From assembly GCA_943348755.1 (NCBI GenBank), contig CALQYS010000001.1, positions 69,963-133,962 of the forward strand: a DNA stretch of 64,000 bases, written 5' to 3'. The stretch comes from Candidatus Nomurabacteria bacterium. GTDB taxonomy: Bacteria; Patescibacteriota; Minisyncoccia; Phycocordibacterales; UBA9973. The position numbers and the translations under genes are program-made. Under the pieces are notes generated by a model that did no database searches, was not told the DNA's origin, and saw only the letters and a list, made by a program, of their open reading frames with translations. Shown here in pieces: positions 49,598 to 58,948 of this stretch (positions are counted from its first letter, which is position 1; every line of letters starts with the position of its first letter).

Positions 49598-49849
49598 TTA
49601 CCGATGAATACATCCCGCCCAGCAGCACGGTCGGCGCATGCCGCCTTTTAGCTTGGAGATCGCTTTCTCGATTCTAATACTTCTCGTCTCCGCTTTTTTA
49701 CCAGACGTAACCCAGCATATCCATTCATTCCGCGCGAGCGGAGTGACATGCTCCCATGTAGCTAGCGCTCCCGAATTTGAGGCGATAGCCTTTCGTAAAT
49801 CCGAGGGCATTTTGTGCATTGTACCAATAGCGATTTTTGTTTTAGTCAT
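49598..49849 (-). CDS. YdeI/OmpD-associated family protein
   Basis: P.DL..A......W...TPLARNEWICW....K..ETR..RI, RRPCCW.GC.HR. Confidence 0.85.
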   Translation of the reverse strand: MTKTKIAIGTMHKMPSDLRKAIASNSGALATWEHVTPLARNEWICWVTSGKKAETRSIRIEKAISKLKGGMRRPCCWAGCIHR

Positions 49850-49857
49850 TTAGAATA

Positions 49858-50160
49858 CTACTCTCTCGGATCTTTGTTGATAATTTGGCATTCAGGAAAC
49901 TTTTCTTTCAGGATTTGCCGGACTTCTTTAAAAGGAATTTCTCCATAGGCGGTACTTTTACCCCAAACATAGATTATACCCTGTTCCATTTTAAGTTTTC
50001 CTCCTCCCCTGACATTTAGTATGGAAATTCCAGAACCTCGCATCTTTTCTACTATGTCTTTATGATATTCCATATTAGGATCACCCCATACAAATATACC
50101 ATCTTCGCTTTCCACGACCACGAATTTCTGAATTTTATTTGGTTGGATTTGTATGTTCAT
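49858..50160 (-). CDS. Janus/Ocnus (PHPT1-like phosphohistidine phosphatase) fold protein
   Basis: QKFVVV, G....EYHKDI, GGGKL, IYVWGKSTAYG, LKEKFP match PHPT1 FKYVLI, AEYHADI, GGGRI, IHVYGYSMAYG, IKAKYP as recalled. Confidence 0.7.
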   Translation of the reverse strand: MNIQIQPNKIQKFVVVESEDGIFVWGDPNMEYHKDIVEKMRGSGISILNVRGGGKLKMEQGIIYVWGKSTAYGEIPFKEVRQILKEKFPECQIINKDPRE

Positions 50161-50233
50161 AGCTTCTTGATTGTATCAAATTTATGGTTTTTTGCTTGAA
50201 TTTGTGTTATAAATTAAAGTGTTTTTTAAACAT

Positions 50234-50304
50234 TGGGGTATCGTCTAATGGTAGGACAGAGGCCTTTGAAGCCTTTAATCGTGGTTCGAATCCATGTACC
50301 CCAG
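50234..50304 (+). tRNA. tRNA-Gln(UUG)
   Basis: TGGGGTA/TACCCCA acceptor stem, D-loop TAATGGTA, anticodon arm gaggc-cTTTGaa-gcctt, GGTTCGAATCC; CCA not encoded. Confidence 0.95.
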
Positions 50305-50313
50305 CAAATAGAT

Positions 50314-51351
50314 TTATTCTCCCCCTAAAATCTTCACAAGTGCTAATTCGAGCGGAAGCTCGGCGATGAAGGCATTGTCTATGTTTTGATATGCCTCAAG
50401 CAATATAGCAAGAGCCGGAGAACGGAGCATGCCTTCTTTGTCTGCTTTTACTAGGCCTCCCAGGAATTCAATATCAGCTTCCGATAAATCCCCCACCATC
50501 TCATCTTTGAGTTTCGGCGCATAGCGCAAGATTATCGCTATGCGGAATTTGGTGACGATGAGTTTCAAGTACAATTTCATATCTAAATTCTCTTCTGCGG
50601 CAGTTTGTACAGCTTTGATGCCTTTTTCGATATTTTTTTCAGCGATAGCGGAAATAAAATCATTTACTAAAATTGTTTTCGGCGCACCAGTGATGGCTTC
50701 CACGTCTTCCCTTTTTACTTTCTTGCCCTTAGTAAAGTTTAGAATCTTTTGCAGTTCCCCTAGTCCATCACGGAATGATCCGTCAGCTAAAATTGCGAGA
50801 AGCTCCGCACTACCAGCATCGAGCTCGAAGCCCTCCTTTTTCGCTACATCTATCATCATTTTCCTGCATACTGCATCCGAAGCTTTTTTGAAAGTGAAAA
50901 CTTGGCAACGGGAAATAATCGTCTCTGGGACTTTATGCAATTCTGTCGTCGCTAAAATAAAAATGACATGCTTTGGAGGCTCTTCGAGGGTCTTGAGTAA
51001 TGCACCCCACGCATCCTTCGAGAGCATGTGCACTTCATCTATGATGTAAACTTTGTATTTAGAATCAAAAGGCAGCACTCGTACACCATCACGAAGTTCC
51101 TTTATGTCCTCGATGCCTCTGTTTGAAGCGGCATCTATCTCATACATATCATTTGCCGAGACTCCTATGCTAGTGGCAAATATTCGAGCGACGGAAGTCT
51201 TGCCAGTACCACGCGAACCGACAAAAAGGTACGCATGAGAAACTTTCTCAGTATCTACTGATTTCTTTAAAACATCTACAATATGATCCTGCCCGAGGAC
51301 TTCCTTGAAGCTTTTGGGTCTATATTTTCGATACAGTGCCGTGTGTTCCAT
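50314..51351 (-). CDS. dnaX: DNA polymerase III subunit gamma/tau (short form)
   Basis: LYRKYRP..F....GQ, G.RGTGKTS, EIDAASN, IIDEVHML, LLKTLEEPP, TI.SRC. Confidence 0.96.
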   Translation of the reverse strand: MEHTALYRKYRPKSFKEVLGQDHIVDVLKKSVDTEKVSHAYLFVGSRGTGKTSVARIFATSIGVSANDMYEIDAASNRGIEDIKELRDGVRVLPFDSKYKVYIIDEVHMLSKDAWGALLKTLEEPPKHVIFILATTELHKVPETIISRCQVFTFKKASDAVCRKMMIDVAKKEGFELDAGSAELLAILADGSFRDGLGELQKILNFTKGKKVKREDVEAITGAPKTILVNDFISAIAEKNIEKGIKAVQTAAEENLDMKLYLKLIVTKFRIAIILRYAPKLKDEMVGDLSEADIEFLGGLVKADKEGMLRSPALAILLEAYQNIDNAFIAELPLELALVKILGGE

Positions 51352-51368
51352 AAATTCAGGTTATTGTA

Positions 51369-52406
51369 TCAAATTTTACTCAAAAATTCATTAACCAATG
51401 TTTCCACTTGTGATGCATTTTCTGTTTCCATCAACTTCATGCGGAGTTCTTTGGTACCATCGAAGCCATTACAGTACGCCTTATAGTGCTTTTTCATGAT
51501 GGCGAAGTTTTTATGTTTACCGAGCTTTTCTTCAAAAAGTTTCGTGTGTTCTACCATCACTCGTAGTTTTTCTGAAATTGAGGGCACGAAGATACTTCCA
51601 ATTTTTCGGCCCTGCGCCCTTCCCCCGAGTACGGGGGTGGGACCCTCGGGCAGCTCAAAATTGGAAGTATCTTCTTTGCTGAATAGCCATGGATTCCCAA
51701 ATATCGCTCTTCCGAGCATCACACCGTCACAACCAGTCTCTTTTATTTTTTGCTTTGCATCTTCTAAATTCAAAGCATCACCATTTCCCAGTATCAAAGT
51801 ATCTTTTCTTAGTTCATCACGAATCTCTACTACCCTTTTCATCAAATCCCAATGCGCAGGCACGTCAGACATTTCTTTACGTGTACGTAGGTGTATTATA
51901 AGGGCAGCGATATTTTCTTTTAGAAGCTCCGGTATCCAAGTCTCAATTTCATTTTTATTGTAGCCAATACGAGTCTTCACAGAGACAGGTAGTCCGCCCC
52001 CACCTTCGATCGCAGCACGGATACATTCCCGAGCGAGCGCTGGATTTTTCATCATGGCGGCCCCGGAACATTGCTTTTCGATGGATTTATCCGGACAGCC
52101 CATATTTATGTCTATGCCGTCAAAGCCCAGCTCTTTGCAAAGCTCCGAAGCCTTTTTAATGTTTTCCGGCTTGGAGCCAAATATTTGTGCCACGATCGGA
52201 TGTTCGTTTTCTCCATAGATAAAATCAATCAAGAGTTTTTCTCTAGCAACGGGATGCGCAAGACCATCCGCAGAGACAAACTCGGTCCAAAAGACATCTG
52301 GCTTACCGTACTTAGCGATAATTTGCCTAAAAACACAGTCTGTGACATCTGCCATCGGCGCTAAGGCGAAAATAGGTTTCTTAAGTTTTGTCCAAAAATT
52401 CTGCAT
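51369..52406 (-). CDS. dus: tRNA-dihydrouridine synthase, with 29-codon insert
   Basis: LAPMA.VTD, DINMGCP, SVKTRIG, H.RT, GNGD, G.M.GR...GNPWLF, MKKH. Confidence 0.94.
   Translation of the reverse strand: MQNFWTKLKKPIFALAPMADVTDCVFRQIIAKYGKPDVFWTEFVSADGLAHPVAREKLLIDFIYGENEHPIVAQIFGSKPENIKKASELCKELGFDGIDINMGCPDKSIEKQCSGAAMMKNPALARECIRAAIEGGGGLPVSVKTRIGYNKNEIETWIPELLKENIAALIIHLRTRKEMSDVPAHWDLMKRVVEIRDELRKDTLILGNGDALNLEDAKQKIKETGCDGVMLGRAIFGNPWLFSKEDTSNFELPEGPTPVLGGRAQGRKIGSIFVPSISEKLRVMVEHTKLFEEKLGKHKNFAIMKKHYKAYCNGFDGTKELRMKLMETENASQVETLVNEFLSKI
51588..51674. mobile_element. 87-bp in-frame element with perfect 18-bp terminal inverted repeats in dus
   Basis: gaagatacttccaatttt (51588-51605) / aaaattggaagtatcttc (51657-51674); GC-rich inner hairpin cccccg-agta-cggggg. 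Confidence 0.85.
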
Positions 52407-52411
52407 ATTTT

Positions 52412-52569
52412 AGTGACAGAAAGTATCTTTTATAAAGCAATCTATCTAGCAAAGCTTTGCTAGCGAACTTCTCGTCGCTCAAGAAAATAATAAATGGCAA
52501 AAGTCTACAATGCCATTTTTATTTTCTAAGCTCCTGCGAAAGGCTTTCTAAAAGAAACTTTCTGTCACT
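52412..52569 (+). mobile_element. 158-bp intergenic multi-hairpin element, sibling of the pepN insert
   Basis: 27-bp terminal inverted repeats (25/27), palindrome ctagcaaagctttgctag, second hairpin 52482-52527; core nearly identical to the reverse complement of 1991-2069. Confidence 0.85.
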
Positions 52570-53441
52570 TATCTGAACTTGTAATATACCTTATTACCAA
52601 AGCGCAAATCAATGTATTCCAAAGAAGAATATTTGTTTTTAAAGTTTGATAAAAGTGGCTCAGTGCTCAGAGCTGCTTGCAAGTTTTCTGCTACAGTCTC
52701 TAGGCTAGCATCCAATTTGAAAATTATCTCTGGACCTGTCGATGCCTTATTAGAAAGAATAATTCTTACATCTCCATCTTCTTCAATATATAAAGTTATT
52801 GATTTTAATCCCATGCTTTCTAGAATATTTTTAAAGGAAACCAATTTAGAAAAGTTTTGCGGAGCGAAATAAATCCCGAGTGGGGCTTTGTCGCCAGAAT
52901 TAATCGAGCCATAAAATTTGAAATAAACTTCTCCGGAAAAATAGGGAGCTTCATCGAAAAGATAGCCAGAATCATCTAAGAAATAGCATACCTCTTTTTC
53001 TTTGCTGTCTGGCTGGGGTGGAGTATTTCCGCACCATGTGTAGAGAGCAGTCCGCTCAGTAACAGAGACTTCTAGCTTATTATTCCCCTTGATAGCAAAA
53101 TTTATCTTATTAATTCTTTTAAATTGGTCACTTATCCCTTTCTCTATTTCCTTTTTAGGGTAAATTAGAATATTCGTTCTTGGGAAAAAAAATAAATAAT
53201 TTCCGGTGATTTTTTCTCCAATGATTGACTTGATGGTTTCAGTGCTGACTACTTTATTGCCAGTTACCTCCACCCCGCTGATATTTAATTCTTTTAAACC
53301 AGAAATATAAGCTGATAAAGCAAAAAGGGCCACGAGTACAAATATGCAAAACAGGATCTTTACTAAAAAGACATTACGTCTATGCTTTTTTAATTCCAAA
53401 AGTTTTGGCGAATTTAAGATATTTCGTTTTAACATCGTCAT
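52569..53441 (-). CDS. FtsQ/DivIB-like cell division protein
   Basis: Basic N-terminus, TM helix, POTRA-like I..V.V.GN, V.ER, C-terminal YIDLRFGNKVYYK. Confidence 0.8.
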   Translation of the reverse strand: MTMLKRNILNSPKLLELKKHRRNVFLVKILFCIFVLVALFALSAYISGLKELNISGVEVTGNKVVSTETIKSIIGEKITGNYLFFFPRTNILIYPKKEIEKGISDQFKRINKINFAIKGNNKLEVSVTERTALYTWCGNTPPQPDSKEKEVCYFLDDSGYLFDEAPYFSGEVYFKFYGSINSGDKAPLGIYFAPQNFSKLVSFKNILESMGLKSITLYIEEDGDVRIILSNKASTGPEIIFKLDASLETVAENLQAALSTEPLLSNFKNKYSSLEYIDLRFGNKVYYKFR

Positions 53442-54706
53442 TATTTAATGGACTCCTTTCCTCCCATGTATTTTCGGAGAACTTCTGGGATTTTCACCGA
53501 GCCGTCGGCTTGCTGATAGTTTTCAATCAAGGAAACGAGAATTCTGGGTGTAGCAATCGCTGTCTGGTTTAAAGAATGAGCATAGTTCATCTTTCCAGAT
53601 TCATTTTTGTAACGAATGCCGAAGCGACGACATTGGAAATCGTGAAAATATGAAGCGGAGGCAATTTCTCGGTATTTATTTTCTTTCGGCACCCAAAGTT
53701 CGATGTCGTATTTCTTGACCTGTCCGAGGCCAAGATCGGCTCCACAGTTCACAACTCGATGGTAAGGAATACCTAAAGATTCTATAAAATCTTCCGTGTT
53801 TTTAGTTAGTTCCTCGTGAAATTGCACTGAAGTTTCGTGGTTAGCTTCACACAGAATCACTTGTTCTAGTTTATAAAACTCATGCACTCGAATGAGACCC
53901 TTCACATCTTTACCGTGACTTCCCGCCTCGCGCCGATAGCAAGGAGAAAATCCTAAGTATTTTATTGGAAATATCTTTTGATCTAAAACTTCATTGGCGT
54001 GCATACCCATGACTGGCACTTCGGCTGTGCCGGCCAAATAGTCTCCATCCTGTGTTTTATATAAATCCTCTTCACTTTGCGGTAAAAATCCAGTGCCGAT
54101 AAAATTTTCCTTACGGGCTAGTATTGGTGGAATAACTGGAATAAAGCCACGCGCGGAATAAAATTCTAAGGCATAGTTCCAAATCGCAAAAGATAATCGC
54201 ACGCCTTCATTTGTTAAAAAATATCCGCGGAAGCCGTGTACCTTTGTTCCCCTTTCAAAATCCACCATCTTTAGTTTGGTCATTATCTCGACATGATCTT
54301 TTGGTTCAAAATTGAAAGTGGGTTTATCACCCCAGACTTTTACTTCCTGATTTTCTGCGTCACTTGCACCATCTGGCACAGACATATCTGGCACGTTTGG
54401 CACTTGTAACATTATCAATTGCCATTCCTCCATTATTTTCTTCAACTTTTCTTCTTTTGATTTTATTTCTTCTTTGACTGAACGCATTTCTTCGATCAAC
54501 TGAATTTTGAGCGCAGAATCTTGATCGCGAGCTATGTCGTTAGAAACTCTGTTTACTTCCGCTCGCAAATCTTCTATAGCTTTTAGTTCTTTCAAGCGCT
54601 CATCGTCGAGATTTATAAGTTTTATGATATCAACATCAACTTGCTTTTTCTGCGCGGCTGACTGAACGATATCCCTGTTTTCACGAATAAATTTTATGTC
54701 CAACAT
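53441..54706 (-). CDS. serS: Serine--tRNA ligase
   Basis: MLDIKFIREN, GTAEV, CYRREAGS.G.D..G..RVH.F.K.E, KYDIE, H.LN.T..A..R. Confidence 0.97.
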   Translation of the reverse strand: MLDIKFIRENRDIVQSAAQKKQVDVDIIKLINLDDERLKELKAIEDLRAEVNRVSNDIARDQDSALKIQLIEEMRSVKEEIKSKEEKLKKIMEEWQLIMLQVPNVPDMSVPDGASDAENQEVKVWGDKPTFNFEPKDHVEIMTKLKMVDFERGTKVHGFRGYFLTNEGVRLSFAIWNYALEFYSARGFIPVIPPILARKENFIGTGFLPQSEEDLYKTQDGDYLAGTAEVPVMGMHANEVLDQKIFPIKYLGFSPCYRREAGSHGKDVKGLIRVHEFYKLEQVILCEANHETSVQFHEELTKNTEDFIESLGIPYHRVVNCGADLGLGQVKKYDIELWVPKENKYREIASASYFHDFQCRRFGIRYKNESGKMNYAHSLNQTAIATPRILVSLIENYQQADGSVKIPEVLRKYMGGKESIK

Positions 54707-54730
54707 ATTTTATATTGTATACTATATTTC

Positions 54731-55591
54731 ATGGAAATCAAAAAACTTCCGAAAAATAAATTTCCCAAAGCGCTGCTCGAAATACCGCAACCGCCTGAGG
54801 ACCTTTGGATTATTGGTGAACTACCATCAGAAGATTTGATACACTTATGTGTAGTGGGATCGAGAAAATTCACTTCTTACGGGAAAGAAGTCTGTGAGAA
54901 GATAATTGCTGGGCTAAAAGGCTACCCAATAGTCATAGTTTCTGGATTCGCTATGGGTATAGACACCATTGCCCACAAAAAAGCGATGCAGGCGGGACTG
55001 AGAACAATAGTTTTCCCTGGTTCTGGACTATCTCTCGAAGCGATACATCCAAAAACAAACATAAAATTAATAAATGAAGTAGTCGAAAGTGGTGGATGCC
55101 TGATATCGGAATTCGAACCAGACTTTAAGGCGACGCAGTGGAGCTTCCCCATGCGCAATAGGCTGATGGCTGGGATTTCCAAAGCTGTCCTTATCATAGA
55201 AGCCGAAGAAAAGTCTGGTACCCTCATTACTGCCCGGCTTACGACAGAATACAATAGAGACTTGTTAGTAGTACCCGGGTCAGTCTTTTCTTCAAATTCA
55301 AAAGGCACAAATAGATTACTACACCAAGGTGCCACACCTGTCACTTGCTCCGAAGATGTCTTAGAAGCGCTTGGTTTTGAGGTAGCTAAATCAGAAGAAA
55401 AACAGAAAAAACTTTTTGCGGATTTATCGCCGGAAGAAAAAAGGGTCGTAGATTTATTGCGCGAGCCAATGTCCAAAGACGATGTAATTCGAGCGATGAA
55501 AATGTCAACACCAGTGGCTAATGCCCTACTTTCTATTATGGAAATAAAAGAATTGATAAAAGAAGAGTTGGGTGAAGTTCGATTGGCTTAA
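54731..55591 (+). CDS. dprA: DNA-processing protein DprA
   Basis: VVGSR..T.YG, IVSG.A.GID..AH, FPMRNR...G, EA...SGTLITA, VPG. Confidence 0.95.
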   Translation: MEIKKLPKNKFPKALLEIPQPPEDLWIIGELPSEDLIHLCVVGSRKFTSYGKEVCEKIIAGLKGYPIVIVSGFAMGIDTIAHKKAMQAGLRTIVFPGSGLSLEAIHPKTNIKLINEVVESGGCLISEFEPDFKATQWSFPMRNRLMAGISKAVLIIEAEEKSGTLITARLTTEYNRDLLVVPGSVFSSNSKGTNRLLHQGATPVTCSEDVLEALGFEVAKSEEKQKKLFADLSPEEKRVVDLLREPMSKDDVIRAMKMSTPVANALLSIMEIKELIKEELGEVRLA

Positions 55592-55629
55592 TTTGCATTG
55601 AAAAATATCTTTGCTACAATTTGGGCATC

Positions 55630-56649
55630 ATGAAAAATATTAAATCAAAGTTAGAATATGTATGGTTAGATGGTAGTAAACCAACTCAGGGTCTACGTTC
55701 GAAAACTAAAATTGTCGAAAATTTCAACGGAACATTAAAAGGCTGTCCGGTTTGGTCTTTCGATGGCTCTTCCACAAGCCAAGCTCCCGGCGGTTCATCA
55801 GACAGGGTTTTAAAACCTGTCTTTATGTGTCCTGATCCTGCCCGCCAAAATGGTTTCCTGGTAATGTGTGAAGTTTTCACGGCTGATGGGAAACCGCACG
55901 AGAGCAATGGCCGAGCCACGATTGAAGATGACGACGATGATTTTTGGTTTGGTTTTGAGCAAGAATATTTTCTTTGGGATACGAAGATCAACAAACCTTT
56001 AGGCTTTCCAGCTCAGGGCTTTCCTGCTCCGCAAGGACAATATTATTGTTCAGTGGGAGCAAATAATGCCTTTGGTAGAAATATTATTGAAGAACACTTA
56101 GATGTTTGTTTAGATGCAGGATTAAATATTGAAGGCATAAATGCCGAAGTCGCGACAGGTCAGTGGGAATTTCAAGTTTTTGCCAAGGGTGCCAAAAATG
56201 CGGGTGATCAAACTTGGATGGCAAGGTATCTTTTAGAACGTGTGGGTGAAAAGTATGGTGTAGCTATAAATTGGCATTGTAAACCGCTTGGCAATACAGA
56301 CTGGAATGGTTCCGGCATGCATGCTAATTTTTCAAACGGATTGATGCGTAAAACAGGTAAGAAGGAAACATTCGATAAAATTTGCAAAGCCTTTGCTCCA
56401 GTCGTTAAAGAACATATCGCTGTCTATGGTGCTGATAATCATTTAAGACTGACAGGTAAACACGAAACACAATCCATCGATCAGTTCTCTTATGGAGTTT
56501 CAGATCGAGGCGCATCCATCCGAATCCCAATTTCGACAGTGGAAAATGGCTGGAAAGGAAGACTTGAAGATCGCCGACCAAACTCTGCTGCTGATCCATA
56601 TAAAGTAGCTGCTAGAATCATCAAAACTGTAAAAAAGATAAAGGCGTAA
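55630..56649 (+). CDS. Glutamine synthetase type II
   Basis: LEYVWLDG, LRSKT, W.FDGSST.QA, FGFEQEY, GINAEV..GQWEFQ, DWNGSG.H.NFS, RLTG.HET, RGASIRIP, EDRRP.S..DPY; ~340 aa. Confidence 0.93.
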   Translation: MKNIKSKLEYVWLDGSKPTQGLRSKTKIVENFNGTLKGCPVWSFDGSSTSQAPGGSSDRVLKPVFMCPDPARQNGFLVMCEVFTADGKPHESNGRATIEDDDDDFWFGFEQEYFLWDTKINKPLGFPAQGFPAPQGQYYCSVGANNAFGRNIIEEHLDVCLDAGLNIEGINAEVATGQWEFQVFAKGAKNAGDQTWMARYLLERVGEKYGVAINWHCKPLGNTDWNGSGMHANFSNGLMRKTGKKETFDKICKAFAPVVKEHIAVYGADNHLRLTGKHETQSIDQFSYGVSDRGASIRIPISTVENGWKGRLEDRRPNSAADPYKVAARIIKTVKKIKA

Positions 56650-56700
56650 AATTACCGCCAGATTTGCTTTGAAATTAAACTTCGTGTAATACTGTGTGGA

Positions 56701-58917
56701 ATGAAATTATTAATTGTTGAGTCGCCATCAAAAGCAAAAACCATTGAGAAGTATCTCGAAGGCGCTTTTACTGTACGTGCCTCAGTCGGTCATGTGCGTG
56801 ATTTACCGAAATCAAATAAAAAAGCAATAGACATCGAGGGCGGTTTTATTCCTCACTACGAAATCTCTAAAGGTAAAGAAAAAGTTGTTAGCGAACTTCA
56901 AAAATTAGCCGAAAAATCAAGCGAAATAATACTAGCGACTGATCCCGACCGCGAAGGAGAAGCGATCGCATGGCACATAGAGACTCTTTTAAAGGAAGAC
57001 AAGAAAGTAAAAGCCCCGATAGAAAGAGTGACTTTTAATGAGATAACGAAAAAAGCGGTAGAAGAAGCGCTACAGCATCCTCGCAACATAGATACACACC
57101 TAAGAGAAGCCCAAGAAGCACGCAGAGTTTTAGACCGTCTGGTCGGATACGACTTATCAGGGCTTATTTGGAAAAAAGTAAGATATGGCCTTTCAGCTGG
57201 TCGTGTTCAATCCCCCGCGCTTCGTATCATCATGGAACGAGAACGTGAAATTCGCGCTTTCATCCCAGAAAAGTTTTGGAAAATTTCTGGTCTCTTTGAA
57301 ACAGAAAAAAAAGAGAAGGTTATTCTAACTTGTTCAGAGGAACCAAGAGATGAAAAATTAGTTAAAGAAATAATGGCATCTGGTCAAAGTGGGACTTGGT
57401 TAGTCAATGAAGTAAAAGAATCCGAACAGAAACGTTCTCCTAGAGCGCCCTTTACCACTTCTACCTTACAGCAAACAGCAAGTTCGCGTTTAGGCTATTC
57501 CCCTTCACGTACAATGCAAATAGCGCAAAAACTATATGAAGCTGGACACATAACATATATGCGAACAGATAGTACGAATTTATCTGTCGATGCTCAAACA
57601 CAGATTGTTAAATTTATAAAAAATAAATATGGTGAAGAATATGCTGAATCCAGAATTTATAAAACCAAATCTAAAAATGCTCAAGAAGCTCATGAAGCAA
57701 TACGGCCCACTCATATAGAAAATATGATTGCTGGTAGTGATGACCAAGATAGACTCTATAGATTGATCTGGGAACGTGCCGTATCATCTCAGATGACTGA
57801 CGCGAAACTATTAAAGACGAAAATCTCCGCTGTCATCAAGGGACGAGAAGATCTACCCGACTTTGTCGCTAACGGTTCCCGTCTGCTTTTTCCTGGATGG
57901 CTAAAAGTAGACAGTGACGCACGTGGTGATGATGTCGAACTACCAAAAGCTAGTGCGGGAGAGAAACTAAATCTTTTAAACCTTGTTAATGAAGAAAAGT
58001 TTACCGAACCACCAGGTAGATATAGTGAAGCAGGCCTCGTCAAAGAACTTGAGAGCCGAGGCATCGGTCGTCCATCTACGTATGCTTCTATCATGAAAAC
58101 AATTGAAGAGCGTGGTTATGTGAATAAAGAAGGTAAAACACTTTTCCCTACTGACGTCGGAGAAGTTGTATCCGACTTTTTAGAAAAACATTTCGCTAGT
58201 TATATTTCTGATACTTTTACTGCTGAGATGGAAGATGAGTTAGATGAAATTTCTCGTGGTGAACGTCAATATGAAAAGACTTTAAGGGATTTCTACGGAC
58301 CATTTTTGAAGGATGTTAAATCAAAAGAAAAATTAGAGAAAGCTACAAACTTGGGTGAAGCGCCAGAAAATATGAAATGTCCAAAATGTGGCTCTTCCAT
58401 GATCGTTAAGCTTTCTCGCGCTGGTAAATTTTATTCTTGTTCAAAATATCCAGATTGCGACGGAGCTTTAATGCTCGACGGTACTGAATTAAAGGGTCCA
58501 GAAGAGACTGGAGAGATGTGTCCAGAATGTGGTGATAAAAAAGGAAAATCAGGCGGTGGGAAACTTGTCGTGAAGGAACGACGTGACGGCACCGGCAGTT
58601 TCATTTCTTGTTCTCGTTATCCAAAATGTAAATTTATTAAAAAGAACGAAGTAGAAGAAGCCAAGAAACGCACTGGAGTCATATGCCCTACTTGTAGAAA
58701 GGGAGACATGTCAGAGCGACGTGGCAGGTTCGGCATCTTTTATTCCTGTTCTAACTATCCTGATTGTAAGTTTGCTATCAAAGCGAAGCCTACTGGTAAA
58801 ATATGTGCGAAATGCGATAGCTTAATGATGGAGGGAACAAAAACTATTCCCGAACGTTGCTCTAACAAAGCTTGTGTTATGCACAATCCACACAAGATAC
58901 CAAAAATTGACGCCTAA
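56701..58917 (+). CDS. topA: DNA topoisomerase I with C-terminal zinc ribbons
   Basis: IVESP.KA, GHVRDL, DPDREGEAI, SAGRVQS, ITYMRTDS, AHEAIRP, GIGRPSTY. Confidence 0.98.
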   Translation: MKLLIVESPSKAKTIEKYLEGAFTVRASVGHVRDLPKSNKKAIDIEGGFIPHYEISKGKEKVVSELQKLAEKSSEIILATDPDREGEAIAWHIETLLKEDKKVKAPIERVTFNEITKKAVEEALQHPRNIDTHLREAQEARRVLDRLVGYDLSGLIWKKVRYGLSAGRVQSPALRIIMEREREIRAFIPEKFWKISGLFETEKKEKVILTCSEEPRDEKLVKEIMASGQSGTWLVNEVKESEQKRSPRAPFTTSTLQQTASSRLGYSPSRTMQIAQKLYEAGHITYMRTDSTNLSVDAQTQIVKFIKNKYGEEYAESRIYKTKSKNAQEAHEAIRPTHIENMIAGSDDQDRLYRLIWERAVSSQMTDAKLLKTKISAVIKGREDLPDFVANGSRLLFPGWLKVDSDARGDDVELPKASAGEKLNLLNLVNEEKFTEPPGRYSEAGLVKELESRGIGRPSTYASIMKTIEERGYVNKEGKTLFPTDVGEVVSDFLEKHFASYISDTFTAEMEDELDEISRGERQYEKTLRDFYGPFLKDVKSKEKLEKATNLGEAPENMKCPKCGSSMIVKLSRAGKFYSCSKYPDCDGALMLDGTELKGPEETGEMCPECGDKKGKSGGGKLVVKERRDGTGSFISCSRYPKCKFIKKNEVEEAKKRTGVICPTCRKGDMSERRGRFGIFYSCSNYPDCKFAIKAKPTGKICAKCDSLMMEGTKTIPERCSNKACVMHNPHKIPKIDA

Positions 58918-58948
58918 ACTATACGGAGTATACTGAAGGACAGCCACT

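Noticed and set aside
50184-50369. 61-aa ORF
   Set aside because: Overlaps tRNA-Gln and the dnaX end; spurious
52412-52569. Known self-cleaving ribozyme or riboswitch identity for the long element
   Set aside because: No hammerhead CUGANGA core or other familiar consensus found on either strand by eye; left unassigned pending an Rfam scan
54988-54997. tgcaggcggg in dprA resembling one end of the short palindrome family
   Set aside because: No matching left arm, and it lies in a conserved DprA segment with no apparent insertion
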